DNA of 64,000 bases from the human T2T-CHM13v2.0 reference genome, Homo sapiens. Every line of letters starts with the position of its first letter. Within the stretch, counting starts at the first letter, position 1. The translations under genes were made by a program, and so were the position numbers. The stretch lies in the NCBI RefSeq assembly GCF_009914755.1, contig NC_060928.1; one strand, 5' to 3'. Of the stretch, positions 1-14,199 are shown piece after piece. The notes under the pieces are model-generated. The model searched no databases. It was not told the DNA's origin and saw only the letters and a program-made list of their open reading frames with translations.

Positions 1-223
1 AAAACAGTAACCCCTAGAACGAAATACATTTTACATTGTGACCTAGTCTGCAATACATATATAGGCCATATGTATAACTGAAATGAAAATTGAAAGAAAC
101 CTTTCTTCTATGTGTGAGATACTCTGATACTTTATCTTCTCTTCCCTTCCCTTCTGGTCAGAATCAGCTACGTTGATTTTACACCCACTAATAGTGTATA
201 AAGAACAACTTGAAAAAGATATT
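1..223. mobile_element. hAT-Charlie DNA transposon relic (Charlie4-like), truncated by the window edge
   Basis: Ends in ...acacccactaatagtg...acttgaaaaagatattg, resembling the Charlie4 terminus (cacgacccactaatggg...tttgaaaaacactg). Highly diverged. Confidence 0.4.
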
Positions 224-354
224 GACTCAAATGAGAGTAAATGAATTTATTACACAAATTTGTTTCACATCAGCTATTAAGTCTTATTTTACTTTGATAT
301 TTCATAATTTTTAATTCCATTAATGAATGCCTCAGGGAAAGGTGAAAGAAACTA

Positions 355-505
355 ACAATTCATAAGTATACACTGTGTGTCAGATATTACCTATGCTGTT
401 CTACATATATCTCCTCTTTTAACAGTCACAATAATCCTACTGTTACCCCATTTTACAGATAAAGAAATGAAAGTTGAAAGACATAAAGTATCTTACCCAA
501 GAATT
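355..505 (-). mobile_element. MIR SINE fragment
   Basis: MIR core in reverse orientation: ccccattttacagataaagaaatgaaag...cttacccaag. Confidence 0.65.
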
Positions 506-3221
506 CAATCCCATCTATTTTTTATTGTCCCTGAGTACAAGAGGCTAAATAAGCATAAACATCGATAACACTGACATGTCTGTTAGCTTTTACCTCTGGG
601 CTGTTGTACCAAATAGTCATCCCTTTAAACTAAATTATGCATTTTTGACCACTTCAGAATAGAATTTGAGTTTAAATTACAACTCAAAAATAGGTTGGGG
701 AAGATCACATATTAATTCTACAGAATTAATGAAACAGAACTCCCTGTTATGTGACTATTTTATTCTGTGAGTCTAATAGTTTTTTTTAATTTACCCTTAA
801 AATACTTTTAAAAAATACAGTACAGGAACCTATATTCTCTTTTAGTTAAAAATAAACCAAACTTTGATAGTACAGTTATAAACCTAGAAGAATTTTAGTT
901 TGATTCCAGTGTTTGAAAGCATGATCAAACTCCAAGTTTATTTTTTCATAGTTTTTTTTTCTCCTACAGATTCTTCTCCACAATGGATTAACCACAGACA
1001 TTTGAAGTCATACTGTTTAAATATCTTTGAATTATTTTTGTTTAAAAATGTCAATGGGTACGATAGGAAAAGTACATTTTTTTCCCTGTAACTTCAAAAC
1101 AACTGAACAGAACCTTTGGACTTAAACCAAGAATTGAATGTTTTAGCTTTAAGAAGATTTTCTTCTCTGAAAAGTAATGAATGAGTCTCTTTGCAAGTTT
1201 AACTATTTCAAGTATCAACTCTCTGACTTTCAGCATTCTTTGGTATTAAAAAAATGTTTCATGTATAAATAAACGTAAGTTTTTTTTCTCAGCTATCTCT
1301 CAAATCTCAAGTTACATAAACTTCAAATACACATAAAACGTTGATACAGATGAATTGCATAATGTTTTTAAATGTTTAAAATGTAGTGTTCCATTTTGTT
1401 AATGGCTTCTTTCAAGTTTGCATTAGTGAATGACAACCCTTAAGAATAGCCTGCAATGACCAGAGGAATGGGAAGGATGTCATTTTCTACTTGCTCTCCA
1501 TGGAAACTGAGAAGAGATCCATTACTGTGATACCCTTGGGGGAGCAGAGACGTGTCCAGGAACTTTAAGTGTAGTAGATTACCAAAAAATCACGTACAGG
1601 CTGTGGGAAACACTGGAGGTTGACTGAGATCCAGAGTTTCTCAACTTAGTGTTGGGGCAGTTGACACCTGGGGTCTCCATTCAGATCCTGAGAGGAATAT
1701 GAGGCAGACAGATCCATGTGTGCTCTCCGTTTTGGGTGTCAGATCTCACAGGGGTTTCCCAGGGGCTGTGCTGTGGCTCCCAGGACACAAGGCTTCCCAA
1801 ACTATAGAGGCTGTCACTGAGAGCAGCACAAGTCACTAAGGTACACACAACTCCTTGGGCCACAGTGCCTGGGAGGAAGACTTCTCAAATTTCATTTGTG
1901 AAAAACATGAACTAGGGGAGGATGTAAAATTTGTAAATGCAGATTTTAAATGGAAATGACTTTATAAAATCATTCTTAAAATTTGTAAGTATATACTGGC
2001 TCACTTTTTTTTTCGAACTGTCTCTTTTTTGATATAGTCAATATCTGTAGTTGTTATGTAAGAACACAATACATTTCTTTTGTATTTCCATTCAAAACTA
2101 GTTATATCTACAAGACAAATGGACTCCTTTTTTGTGAAGGAAATTTGTAGAGATAAGATGAAGGGTAACTATCACTAAGAGTTAAATGGTGACTAAGTTG
2201 ATAGGTGAAGGTTATCAGAAGGAAAATATAGAATGATGGAAGGAATCACTTTGTTTTCTTATTTTCTGAAGCACTCTTTGAACTCTCTGATAAAACCAAA
2301 TTTGTGACAAAGTGCCAAAATCTAAAAAAAATAATAATATCAACTTGGTGGGGAAGGAAATATATTTTACTTATGTATTTTATTATCTCCTAAGTGATTT
2401 AGTCAGTATGTGTAATAAAGTGAGATGAAAATAACATATTCTTTCAATATAAAAGCTTTTTATTTTTATTGCTCAAAATTGACTATTGTATGATTACATA
2501 GAAATAAAGAAGCAGCCTGCAGAGGATTGTACTTTAGGAGTGCTAATCTGGCATCACCTGTGCTAAGAAAGGAGAGGGACTGGGAGTGGAAAAAGGCATT
2601 TTATTTTTAGTGATAAACATTGTGTTTCTAAAAATTAGATATTCAGCCTTAAATGTATTATAAGAAGATAGTTATATGGTAGAGTGAAAAGACAATAGGA
2701 GATAAGGAAAGACATCAGAGTTCTAGCTTGAATTTTTACTCTCTAATTAGAATGTTGCAGTCACTATCCCATGCTGAAATTTAGCTTTATGATCTATAAA
2801 ATAAAAATTATGCCAGCTTTGTCTTTTTATGCTCTAAAACAATTTGGGGAACAAAATCACTATTTCATCAAAAACAAAGAACTTTAGGACTTAGATAAAG
2901 TTGCCTTTTGTGCTACCCAGCGTCAGGGCTCCCTTCTACAGTGGAGGAGTGTGAAGCAGCAGCTGGTAAGCAGGCCCCGTGCATAGTATGAGCCCACCCA
3001 GCTCATCGACTTTCCCTTTCTTCTTCCTCTCTCTGAACTCTGCTTCAGCCATTCTCTGCTGGTGACTGTGCCATGAAAATACCACGCTCTCTTCCTTCTC
3101 TGGGTTGTTTTTCTCTTTCCCCACTAATCTCTATATTCCTGCTCTAACTACTGTCCCCATTCTTGGCGTAATTTTTTATTCTTCAGCTCTCAGTTTAATC
3201 TTGCGAAGGTACATAAAACAT

Positions 3222-3605
3222 CTAGAGTCAGAGCACCTAGGTTCAAATTCTATCAATCACTTTAAATAACAGGTAGCTTGGGGCAAGCTATTAAGTCTGT
3301 TTTTTCATTGGTAAAGTGGGAACGAGGACCTACTCCTTAGGGATTGCTAAGAGGTTTAAATGAGATGTTACATGTACAATGCTGGCTCTGTGCCTGCCAT
3401 ATAGCAAACACTTTTTTTTTTTTGAAGAGATAGGGTCTCGCTCTGTTGCCCAGGCTAGAGTGGTGGGGGTATTCACAGGAGTGACCATGGCTCACTACAA
3501 CCTCCAACTCTTAGGCTCAAGAGATCCTCCCTCTTCAGCTTCCCAAGTAGCTGGGACTACAAGCGCACACCACAGTGCCTGGCAGCAAACACTCTTAAAG
3601 TGCTG
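3222..3605 (+). mobile_element. MIR SINE, interrupted near its 3' end by a FAM
   Basis: tagagtcagagcacctaggttcaaattc...ttggggcaagcta...taaatgagatgttacatgtac...tgcctgccatatagcaaacac. Confidence 0.7.
3413..3583 (-). mobile_element. FAM (fossil Alu monomer)
   Basis: Single monomer with the 7SL-like segment tattcacaggagtgaccatggctcactac and a poly-T tail. TSD agcaaacact at 3403-3412 and 3584-3593. Confidence 0.85.
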
Positions 3606-3699
3606 AACAGTATTATAAATCGCAGAGCTGTCTGTGTCTCCCTGAATGATAGCATCTATCTCCTTGTTTTGGAAGTGCGTATTTAGGCCGTTGTCTTCT

Positions 3700-3845
3700 T
3701 ACATACACCCACTGTTGTCCCCACATCCCAATTACACCACACAGTTCCCGAGAGTAGAAACTGAGTCTCCTTTACTGCTATATCCTCAATGCCTAAAAAT
3801 TAGCCTGTTTCATGGTTGAGGCCCAATGAATATAGAATGAATACA
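3700..3845 (+). mobile_element. L2 3' end fragment
   Basis: ...gtagaaactgagtctcc...tatatcctcaatgcctaa...caatgaatatagaatgaat, a typical L2 tail. Confidence 0.55.
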
Positions 3846-4222
3846 TAGTTATTCCACTTCACAATCTAATAAGGGAAAGAATCAGACAGCAATTCTAATC
3901 CAGAGATAAAATCTATAGTCAACAAAAATGATTTAGGGATTTGCTTTTTAGCACCCTGGAACTGTTGGCACATTTTAAAGTATTTATTTTAATATTTTGG
4001 TCATTTGAGGCATATGACTAAGCAGGTTTGAATTCCCTCACCAGGGAACTATGCTCTTTGATGATTTGTTCTTTGGAGACCTAATTCTGTGCAACTGTAT
4101 ATTGGTAAAATAAGCTAACAATATGGCCAGGTATTCTTTATTTTGGATCTCATTGATGAAGGTAACATAAGTTGATAATCAGATTTTCCTTTTGCTAAAA
4201 TAGCCAAGAAAATATTTTGTTA

Positions 4223-4545
<323 letters not shown>

Positions 4546-7500
4546 TCACAAACAATTTAGGAGCAAGAAAGCAACATGTGGGAAATTCCATAATAAAACA
4601 TAAATATTTTTTCTTTACAAAAATGACAGATGCTTATAGCGATTCATATCTGGGGCACCAAGGTTTTCAACTGAATGTAACTATTCTCATTTTATGAAGA
4701 ACCAAAAGGAAAAAAGAGTGATTTGTTTGCTCACTGGGACTTTAATCCCAGGTTTCTTGTCTCCCATTATCTTCTTTATACTGTACACTTTTGCCCAAGC
4801 CTGCTGTCCTCCTGTACTGCCCACGGGCTAATCTCATCATATCCCCTAGGTCCTACAAGAGTTGGAGCCATCCTCTCCTCATCTTCTACTTTCTGCCTTC
4901 TTCTGGGACACGCTATTGATCACGAAGTATCTTATCCTTGAAAAATCTCCTCTCTTCAACTCGAGTACTACTGCAGAAAGCAGCAACTTGGCGGCCTTTT
5001 ATGGATGGGTGTTACTGAAGTTAGGACAAATCTATAATAAGTTCATTTCCTCTAAGATGTCTACCCAGAAGGACAATACTTAATTGGGCACATATACTCT
5101 ATTGGATCTATATGCTCATGACTTTATAAGTAGGCATTCTGCATGTATGTGCAAAACAAAATAGAACTTAGGAGGATAAAGCATCCTGTAAAATGTGGGA
5201 CTTAAGACTGTATCAGGGAAAGGAGAAGAAAAGAAAAATATAAAATCTGATTTTTAAAATTATGACTACTGGAGTGTGCAGAGGTTTTCAAATGACTTGT
5301 TGGTGAATTGTAAACCTATAAAATGTGTGAAGCCATTTTATAAAGAAAAGCAATGTTTATAATTTTTTACCCATATAATGATTTAAAAATAGAAGAGATC
5401 ACCACCTACCCTGATTCTTTAAACAAGCATTTGCTTGCTTCAGTGATTGTGGGTTAGCTAGATGATCTTGGAGTTCTTTCTGTGATTTAGTCAGTGATAT
5501 TGAACAGGCTCTACAGCAAGGAAAGAAGGGGAACTGTATAAAGTAAATAAACTTAACAAAGCAGAAGATACATGTACCCAGAGAGTTCAACAATTTAGAA
5601 TATTTGCCTGATTTTTTTAAAGTCCAAAAGTAATCTGTATTGATTATAACAGGAAGCTACTTTTCCAAGTTAGAAAATGTACGTGTGTGGTCAAAGCCGT
5701 CTTTAAAACAAATGCATTGAAAAATTTAAAAGGTCCTTTGTGTAAATCACAAGTCCCTATATTGTATCTTCATTAAGTCTCTGAAAATATTTTAGTCAAT
5801 TTATACAGTCCTTTAAAGAAGGTAGTATGTGCAAAAATATGCACTGATACCTAACTACAAAATTATTTTGCACATCACAAATTGTATACATGATTGTCAT
5901 GGATGAAACATGCTAACAATCTTTATTTTATTTATTTTTATTAGTTATTAATTTATTAACAATTTTTAATTTGTTTGTTTTTATTATTTTATGCCTTCAT
6001 TCATGAAGATAACATACATTAGTAACCAGTTTTTCATTTGGCTAGGCTGTTCAAGAAAATACCCTGTTCTCCGTTTTCTAAATGCTATGAAAGTCACAAA
6101 GTAATTAATTAAAAGACCTCAGTATCATGACAACACCATCATCCTTCTGGTCAACACATTTCAGTGATGCAGAGTGTATTGTGACAGCCTGCAGATGACA
6201 CAAAACAATCTACATTATCATCAAATTTCATGTCTATACTAATAATAATTTTTCACTGAATGTAGCAACACCTTTTCTGGCTGGGGTTGGGCTGAGGACA
6301 GAAGTGCTGTTGAGAGAGAAAAAAAGGGAGAAAAAAGAATGCAAGCTGGCAACTAGTTAATGAAAATCATAATGATATCAGTCTTTTTGCACTGGAAATA
6401 TGCACTCCATCGTGCTCAAATGGTGGGGAGTGCAGATCTCTGATAAGACTAGGGGACTGTGGTCGGGGTTAGGTCGAAGGCATAAAATGCCTTCGCACAC
6501 ATGAATGCTTACCATGTGTGACCAAGTGGGAGGAAACTGTGGTGAGACAGGGAAGGAGAGAAATAACTCACTTAGTGTCTGGCATGATGATGTTGAATCT
6601 CTTCAGTAATGATTTCTGTGTTGTGTGTGGGTTATGGGAGTTTGATGTTGCTTTATGCCTGATGCAAAGAAATGCCTTTTGGCTCAGATTAGGTTGTGAT
6701 CACTTCAGTTTGGCACCTAGTTACCAGTGTCAGCATTTACAGTTCATTCCCAGCCATGGGTGCAGTAAGTCTCTGAGATCTCAAAAGCTGTAGGATGCAA
6801 CCCACATTGCCTTCTGGCCTTCGAGGACCATGCCAAATTCCTTAAAGCAATGACAGCTAAGGGTCATAAGGCGGCACTGATTCTACCTATGACCCAGTTT
6901 ATTACACTATGTCAGTAGCAGCTCTTGCAAATTAATTTTGCTCATTACAGCAGAAAATGAATCAGGAAGACAGAATAGGACAAAATGCTTCCACCAAAAT
7001 TTTATAAGGTATTTAAATCAGAGGAAGGGAAAAATCCCTGGCTTTTTCCCAGACACGAAAGAGAAAGAAAGGAGGCAGCTGAGGTAGAAATTCTCATACA
7101 TTATGCAGATTATTATGATTAAAACCTCCTAAGTAAACTGTGCTGCTGAATATCCTTTAGATTTTGTTTTTGCAAAATCCCCAATGCTTTGGAAATATGA
7201 AAATTCCAACTACTAGCCTATGAAACCCTAGAGAACCTGCAGACCAGAAAAGGAAACCTGGCATAATAAGAATAAACAATGATTCTGCTTAAGTTGGATG
7301 TGAATTGTCAAAAGAAAAGTCCAAGGCAGACAAATTTCAGTCTCTCCAGACCCTTTTCAAACCTTTTCTTCTGACAGCCCCATAGAGATTTCTGAGGTCT
7401 TTCTTGAGCAGGTCTGGCAGCTGAGCCCTCTTCGTCAGGAGTTCTCAATGGCCCCCAAGGTGCCTTTGTTTCCTCAAGGGGTTTTCATAGCATCCTCAGC

Positions 7501-7669
7501 TGTGGTAAGAATAATTAGAATTTCTCTTTAAAACCTATAAAAGTCCAAATTACATGTCTTTTAAACATTTTTCTGTTGCTTTCCTTTATTTTATGCTTCT
7601 GTTCTTGTTTTTAAGGAAGGCAATGTATCGCATCCTGTATTACCTTCCCCTGACCTCATAGCTTCCCAA

Positions 7670-7835
7670 AACAGGAACAATCATGGGCTTTGAAGGTAGG
7701 CCACGTTGGTGTCACCAGTTTCTATGGCCCTCAGCAAGTCATTTAATCTTTCCAGGCTTCCATTTTCTCCTTTGCAAGATATGGATTTTCTTACTGTGTG
7801 GTTATGTAATGAATGAATTATGTAATGCCTAATAG
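7670..7835 (+). mobile_element. MIR fragment
   Basis: atgggctttgaagg...cagcaagtcatttaatctttcc...ttttctcctttgcaagatatgg. Confidence 0.5.
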
Positions 7836-8487
7836 ATATTAATTATTAATTTTTTTAAAACAATCTTGTTCTCGTAAAGAAGTTAGGAACTGGGAGAAGC
7901 AATTTTTAAAAAATCTACAGAATTGTTTGCCACAAGCCATATTTGTCACCAATATAACAATTTTAAGATTAGATGAAAGAGATACTTTGAATCTGAGTCT
8001 TCTCATCGGTCTACCCCAATTAAAACAGACTTTCTCAGCTTTGGACATTTCCCAAGATGCACTTGCAATTCACATTTCAATTCTGTATTTATAGGTGAAA
8101 GATATTAATCACATAAAAAAAATAATCTCTTTATTATCCTGCCTTCTTGCCCTCTATTAACACGCGTGCTGTTTTTGTTTCCCAAAAGGAAGTATCTCTC
8201 CAAGCCAAAACGTTACTGGCCTTGGTTAATATTCTTTTTAAATGATACCTTTCATTCAGTAACTCCAAATTAACTCTTCATTCACAACCCACAGTTTGTG
8301 ATTATTTGCACTACTGGATTATTTAATCTTTTATATTTTTCTCTAGTCACTTTATGTTTTTAATCTGACCTGTGAGTTCTAGGACTTGAACCAAGGGTTC
8401 CGATGAAAACTCTTTCTGAAACCAATGTTTTGCTGCTGTGGTCATTGTTTCTTGGCCTAAAGTAGAGTGCTTATTACAGTGAAAATT

Positions 8488-9142
<655 letters not shown>

Positions 9143-9322
9143 CTTCACCACCATGATTCCTTGGTTCCTTGAAATAAACATGACTCAAGTTTCTTTGAAT
9201 AGTTATTTTAATCCCAGTTCTCTACTACTGTGGCCTCCAAAGTGCAATGCACAAAACAATCCATTGGAGGACAATAATATTTGAACTTCTTTCTGTACTT
9301 ATTTTTTAATCTAAAAAAGGAA

Positions 9323-9766
<444 letters not shown>

Positions 9767-10561
9767 TTATAAAAAGACAACGTTCTTAGTTTGTTTTTAA
9801 AATTATCTCTACATCTATGGTTACTTCTAGACTTGTATACTTTACCTATTTTCTTTGGCTCATAGTTATTCATTGATTAATCACACTATATGAACAGTTC
9901 ACATGTGGTAATTTATGACCACAAATCCATGACATTGAAATTATGTGCTCCATTAAATTCAATCCACATTTATTCAATTCTACCTACTTTGAGTTCTATA
10001 TCAGAATACTTATGAGAGGTGCAAACAAGTCCTTGTATTTAAGGAATTTGTACTTACTATAATTTTGTAAGCTTTAAGTTATATACGTATATATGTATTT
10101 TATTTTTGACATGAGGTTTCTTTTTGGAAATAGATATAAAATAATATAATTAGAATCCAGTTTGAAAGTCTAGAAACATCCTTCCAAAACCATAGACAAT
10201 TTTTTCTAATGAAAATATTATATCGATACAAGTAAAGAATGAAGATGTGGAGACTTGGAGACAGGTGGCACCTCGTGCTTCCTCCGAAGGGAGAGCCCAT
10301 TTCCTAACAGCTGGATCAAAGGCATGAAATGAACATGGAGTCCCTGAAGATGAAGAGAAGGCATGGCTTCCAGGGAGAAATTGTACAGTTAGTGTCACTC
10401 CAGGGTCCCAAATAGTAGAAACTATTTCCTGTATTCTAGTTGAGAAATTGTTTCCCTGATTAAGAAGACATCATACTTCCTAAGAGAAGCTGCTATTACC
10501 ATGACATCCAAGTCTTTATCTAGCAGTTCAGTCTTTCACCTTTCTCTTCACCCTCCACCTC

Positions 10562-10564
<3 letters not shown>

Positions 10565-10599
<35 letters not shown>
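10565..10599. repeat. (AC)~17 microsatellite
   Basis: Uninterrupted AC run. Confidence 0.97.
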
Positions 10600-10602
<3 letters not shown>

Positions 10603-10789
10603 CTCCCTCCACTGAGGCATCTGGCACAACTAATCATCTTCAATTTCTTTGATTCACAAAAGGAACTGAGAGGTTACTGATGACCATATTAGATTGTATT
10701 TGGATGGAATGTAGAAACATTGTTAATTGTTCACTTAATTATTCATTCATTATTTCAGCAATGAACATTGATTAAGCACCTACTATATC

Positions 10790-11186
10790 AGAAGCTGCTT
10801 AATTATCCCACATATGCAATTTCTCCTTCTTATTAGTAATAGAACTCTTTGAACTTTCTATGGGACACTAGCCCCCCAGCTAGATGCTTGCTGCTGGGTT
10901 ATGTGTGCAACATTTCCTTAGAAGGAAAACTTCTTACCTTCCACCTTCTTTCTCCTTATGCAGTTACAGGAATGCAGATGTGATTCCTATGGATGAGGGT
11001 AACCTAGAGGCTAGAAGAACAATAGGACAGAAGAAGCCTGGGTACCTGAACAACCTTGTGGAGCATAGACACCTACGTGGCCTGGACTGCCAGCTCACAA
11101 TGGGCCTCTCTGTGAGAGAAGGAAACTTCCCTCTTGTTTAAGCAACTGTGCTTTTGAGAATCTCTTGGTCTATACCCTAATGAATA
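10790..11186 (+). mobile_element. MaLR solo LTR (MLT1J-like)
   Basis: gacagaagaagcctgggtacctg...ttgtggagc...cctggactgcc...aaacttccctcttgtttaagcaactg. Confidence 0.7.
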
Positions 11187-13278
11187 AGGCCATCATAAAT
11201 GGATATCAAAGTAAGGAAATTTGTGTAAATGATTTAATAAAACATTACCTCAGGTATGAAATAATTCTACCTTGTGCCTTGACAACATCAGGTATTATTC
11301 ATGCCCTTTTCTCTCCCTGTAATGTCTCTTATCCACGGGTAGAAATTATATTTTCCATCTAAGGTTTGCTCAAATATTATCTACTTAAGTAGCTCTTACC
11401 AATTTTGCCTCTCCTCCTGAGCTGACCCTATGCCTTCTATGCTGTTCCAGGTAATATTAATCTCTTCCTTTGTACTTCTTTCACAGAACATACTTTTTTG
11501 TCTAACATAATAACTATAGGCATAAGTGTATAGATTCCACTAGGGGCTTCAGAACAGAAACTATCATCTTATTAATTTTTTTCTCCCTGATATCTAGGGA
11601 AATATGTTATATATAATAGGCCCTTAGTAATCCCATAAATGTTTGTGAGATATTCACTGACTATAAGCCATACTCTGTATTTATTTAGCTAAAACAGACG
11701 TCTTTCATATTTAGTTAGCAGAAAATGCTCACATTTACTCCTTTCCTGTTTACCAAATGAAAGGGTAATTGTTTTTTCACAGATTGCACTAGAAAAGTGT
11801 CTTCTCTCTCTTTTTCAAATAGATTGTCTTTAAAACATATGACAGGAAAAGTGACTATTGTTAGGATAAGATAATTACGATTGTAACAGCTAGTTTAAAA
11901 GAAGTGTCAGTTGCTCCTGTTTTATTTTTCACAGGATAGAGCTGCGGCCTGTCTCAGTATGATGTTTTCAGGATCTGGTATATATTTTTATTTTCCTACA
12001 TGAATCTTTCATCCTTTTACTGACATTTATTCATTTTATCTAATTATCCTAAAAGGAAAGCTCTGGCCAGGCAAATTGGTTGTTGTCTGCCTCTGAAGAG
12101 ACATTCATATCGCGTCGCTTAGCTTTCAAGTTTTGTGATCAGGAACCCTCAGGCCCATTTTTAAGGAGGTTTCAGGCTAGCTGAGCTTCACTGTCTCCCA
12201 AAATGTACAAAATGAGATTACATGAGGGACAAGATCAATTTACTGGAAGGTACTTAAGCAGTAAATCTGGAGCTTTTTGTCCAGTCACTATTGCTTTCAA
12301 GCTTTGTAGCAGAAAATTAAGCCACAAGAGCTTTGACAAATTAGATATTACTACCTCTAATTGTGTATGTTTAAGCTTATCACACTGAATTGCAGCATTG
12401 TAACTGACTATTATGCCAACAAGGCCTTCGTTTAATCAGCGCAGTGCCATTTAATCGCAATTAATCACTCAACTAAAATGTCATATTAAGGTCACAGAAA
12501 CTTGAAGGGCTAAAAGAAAAGAGAACATTAAAGTCAGCTGATGGAGGAAAAGAGCATGGTGTGCCAAGGGAAGTTCTGAGCACTCTTTTTCATTAGAAGC
12601 TGGTAGAACATTTAATGAGAATGCAGTCTTAACTTTCAGCTGAGATCAGAACAACGTGCCTCACTTGGTTAAGCAGGAGACTATTCTGCCCATTCTTAGC
12701 GGGCTTCTGTCTGTAAATAGGATACTCCTGCCCACAGAATACCTGAAATTTTACAGATTCATGATTTTTATTTCTATTATTCTTTGGCTTTCTGGCATTT
12801 TCCCCTTTCCTATTACTTTTAAGAAGGAAAGAAATCAGATATGATATGGTACTGAAGACAAGATGAAATAAATAGCATCATTTTGCACAGTCACTTACAA
12901 GGTATTTATAAAAAGGAACAATTGGATTCACTTGTTTGCCAGGAAGATTTTATTTCCCAGAAAACTTGTCAAATCGAATGTTATAGTGCAAAAAGAAAAT
13001 GACTGAAGCTTTTGTTTTTTAAATTTTAATACTCAAGAAGTACTATGCCAGTCTGAAAGATCTCTGTTAGCCCCTCACAGGACAAAACTTGTGAGAAGTA
13101 ATTTCACCCGGAGGACCGGGACTCTGCCACCCATGGCTCATTCCTTATGCTTTAACCCTGCCTAGCCCTAAGAAATATTGTTCCACTAACTGATTGACTC
13201 TGAAAACAGAGCCATGGTAAAGGGTATATAGACAAAGGGCACACTTAAGGTCTCTCTTTGTTAAGGAGTAGTAGGTAA

Positions 13279-13421
13279 TTTTATTTTATTTTGTTTTATT
13301 TTATTTTATTTTATTTATTTATTTATTTATTATACTTTAAGTTCTAGGGTACATGTGCATAACGTGCAGTTCTGTTACATATGTATACATGTGCCATGTT
13401 GGTGTGCTGCATCCATTGACT
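13279..13421 (-). mobile_element. Very short L1PA 3' end with patterned tail
   Basis: (TTTTA)n tail followed by ttatactttaagttctagggtacatgtgcataacgtgcag...ggtgtgctgcatccatt. Confidence 0.9.
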
Positions 13422-13710
13422 TTTTCAGCAACGTGGATGGAACTGGAGGCCATTATGTTAAGTGAAATAAGCCAAGCCCAGAGGGACAAATATTGCATGT
13501 TCCCACTCATATGTGGGAGCAAAAACAGTGGATCTTAGAAGACAAAAACTAGAATGGTAGTTACCAGAGGCCAGGAAGTGTAGGGGGAAAGAAGACGAAG
13601 GAGAAAAAAGAATATAAATGTATTTATTACCATGAACTGTACACTTAAAATGGTAAAGATGGTAAATTGTATACATGCATCTCCTCAGTAATAAATAGTT
13701 TTTTAAAAAA
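13422..13710 (+). mobile_element. Older L1MA-type 3' end
   Basis: gcaacgtggatggaactggaggccattatgttaagtgaaataagcc (ORF2 C-terminus, ATWMELEAIMLSEISQAQRDKY) followed by a 3' UTR. Confidence 0.85.
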
Positions 13711-13889
13711 CTGACTCTAATGACCACTCTTCAAACTTGCAATAAATAGCACAGACACTGGAAACAATGACCACCTCCAACAGGAAAAATGAATTTCAGT
13801 TTTCATACCCACTGAGCCTATGAAGCTTGGTGAGCAAGATGTCTGTGTTTGAGCAAGGCTCGCTCAAACCGTCTCCTGCAGACCTGTGT

Positions 13890-14199
13890 GGAACGGTGCA
13901 GTCCACTAGCCACACGAGGCTACTGAACACTTGAAATGTGACTAGTATAAATTGACATGCACTGCAAAGATGAAATACACACTAAATTTCAAAGACTGAT
14001 TTTAAAAAAAGAATGTAAACTCATTAATAATTTTTTGTTGATTACATGGTGAAATACCAATTTTGGAGTATACTGAGTTAAATGAAATATGTTATTAAAA
14101 TTAATTTCATCTGTTTCTTTTCACTCTTTTCAATGTGGCTACTAGGACGTTTAAAATTATGTGTATAGCTCATATCATATTTCTATTGGACAGTGTTTG
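13890..14199 (-). mobile_element. MER33 (hAT-Charlie)
   Basis: ccactagccacac..ggctactgaacacttgaaatgtgactag ... ttattaaaattaatttcatctgtttctttt ... atttctattggacagtg. Confidence 0.85.
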
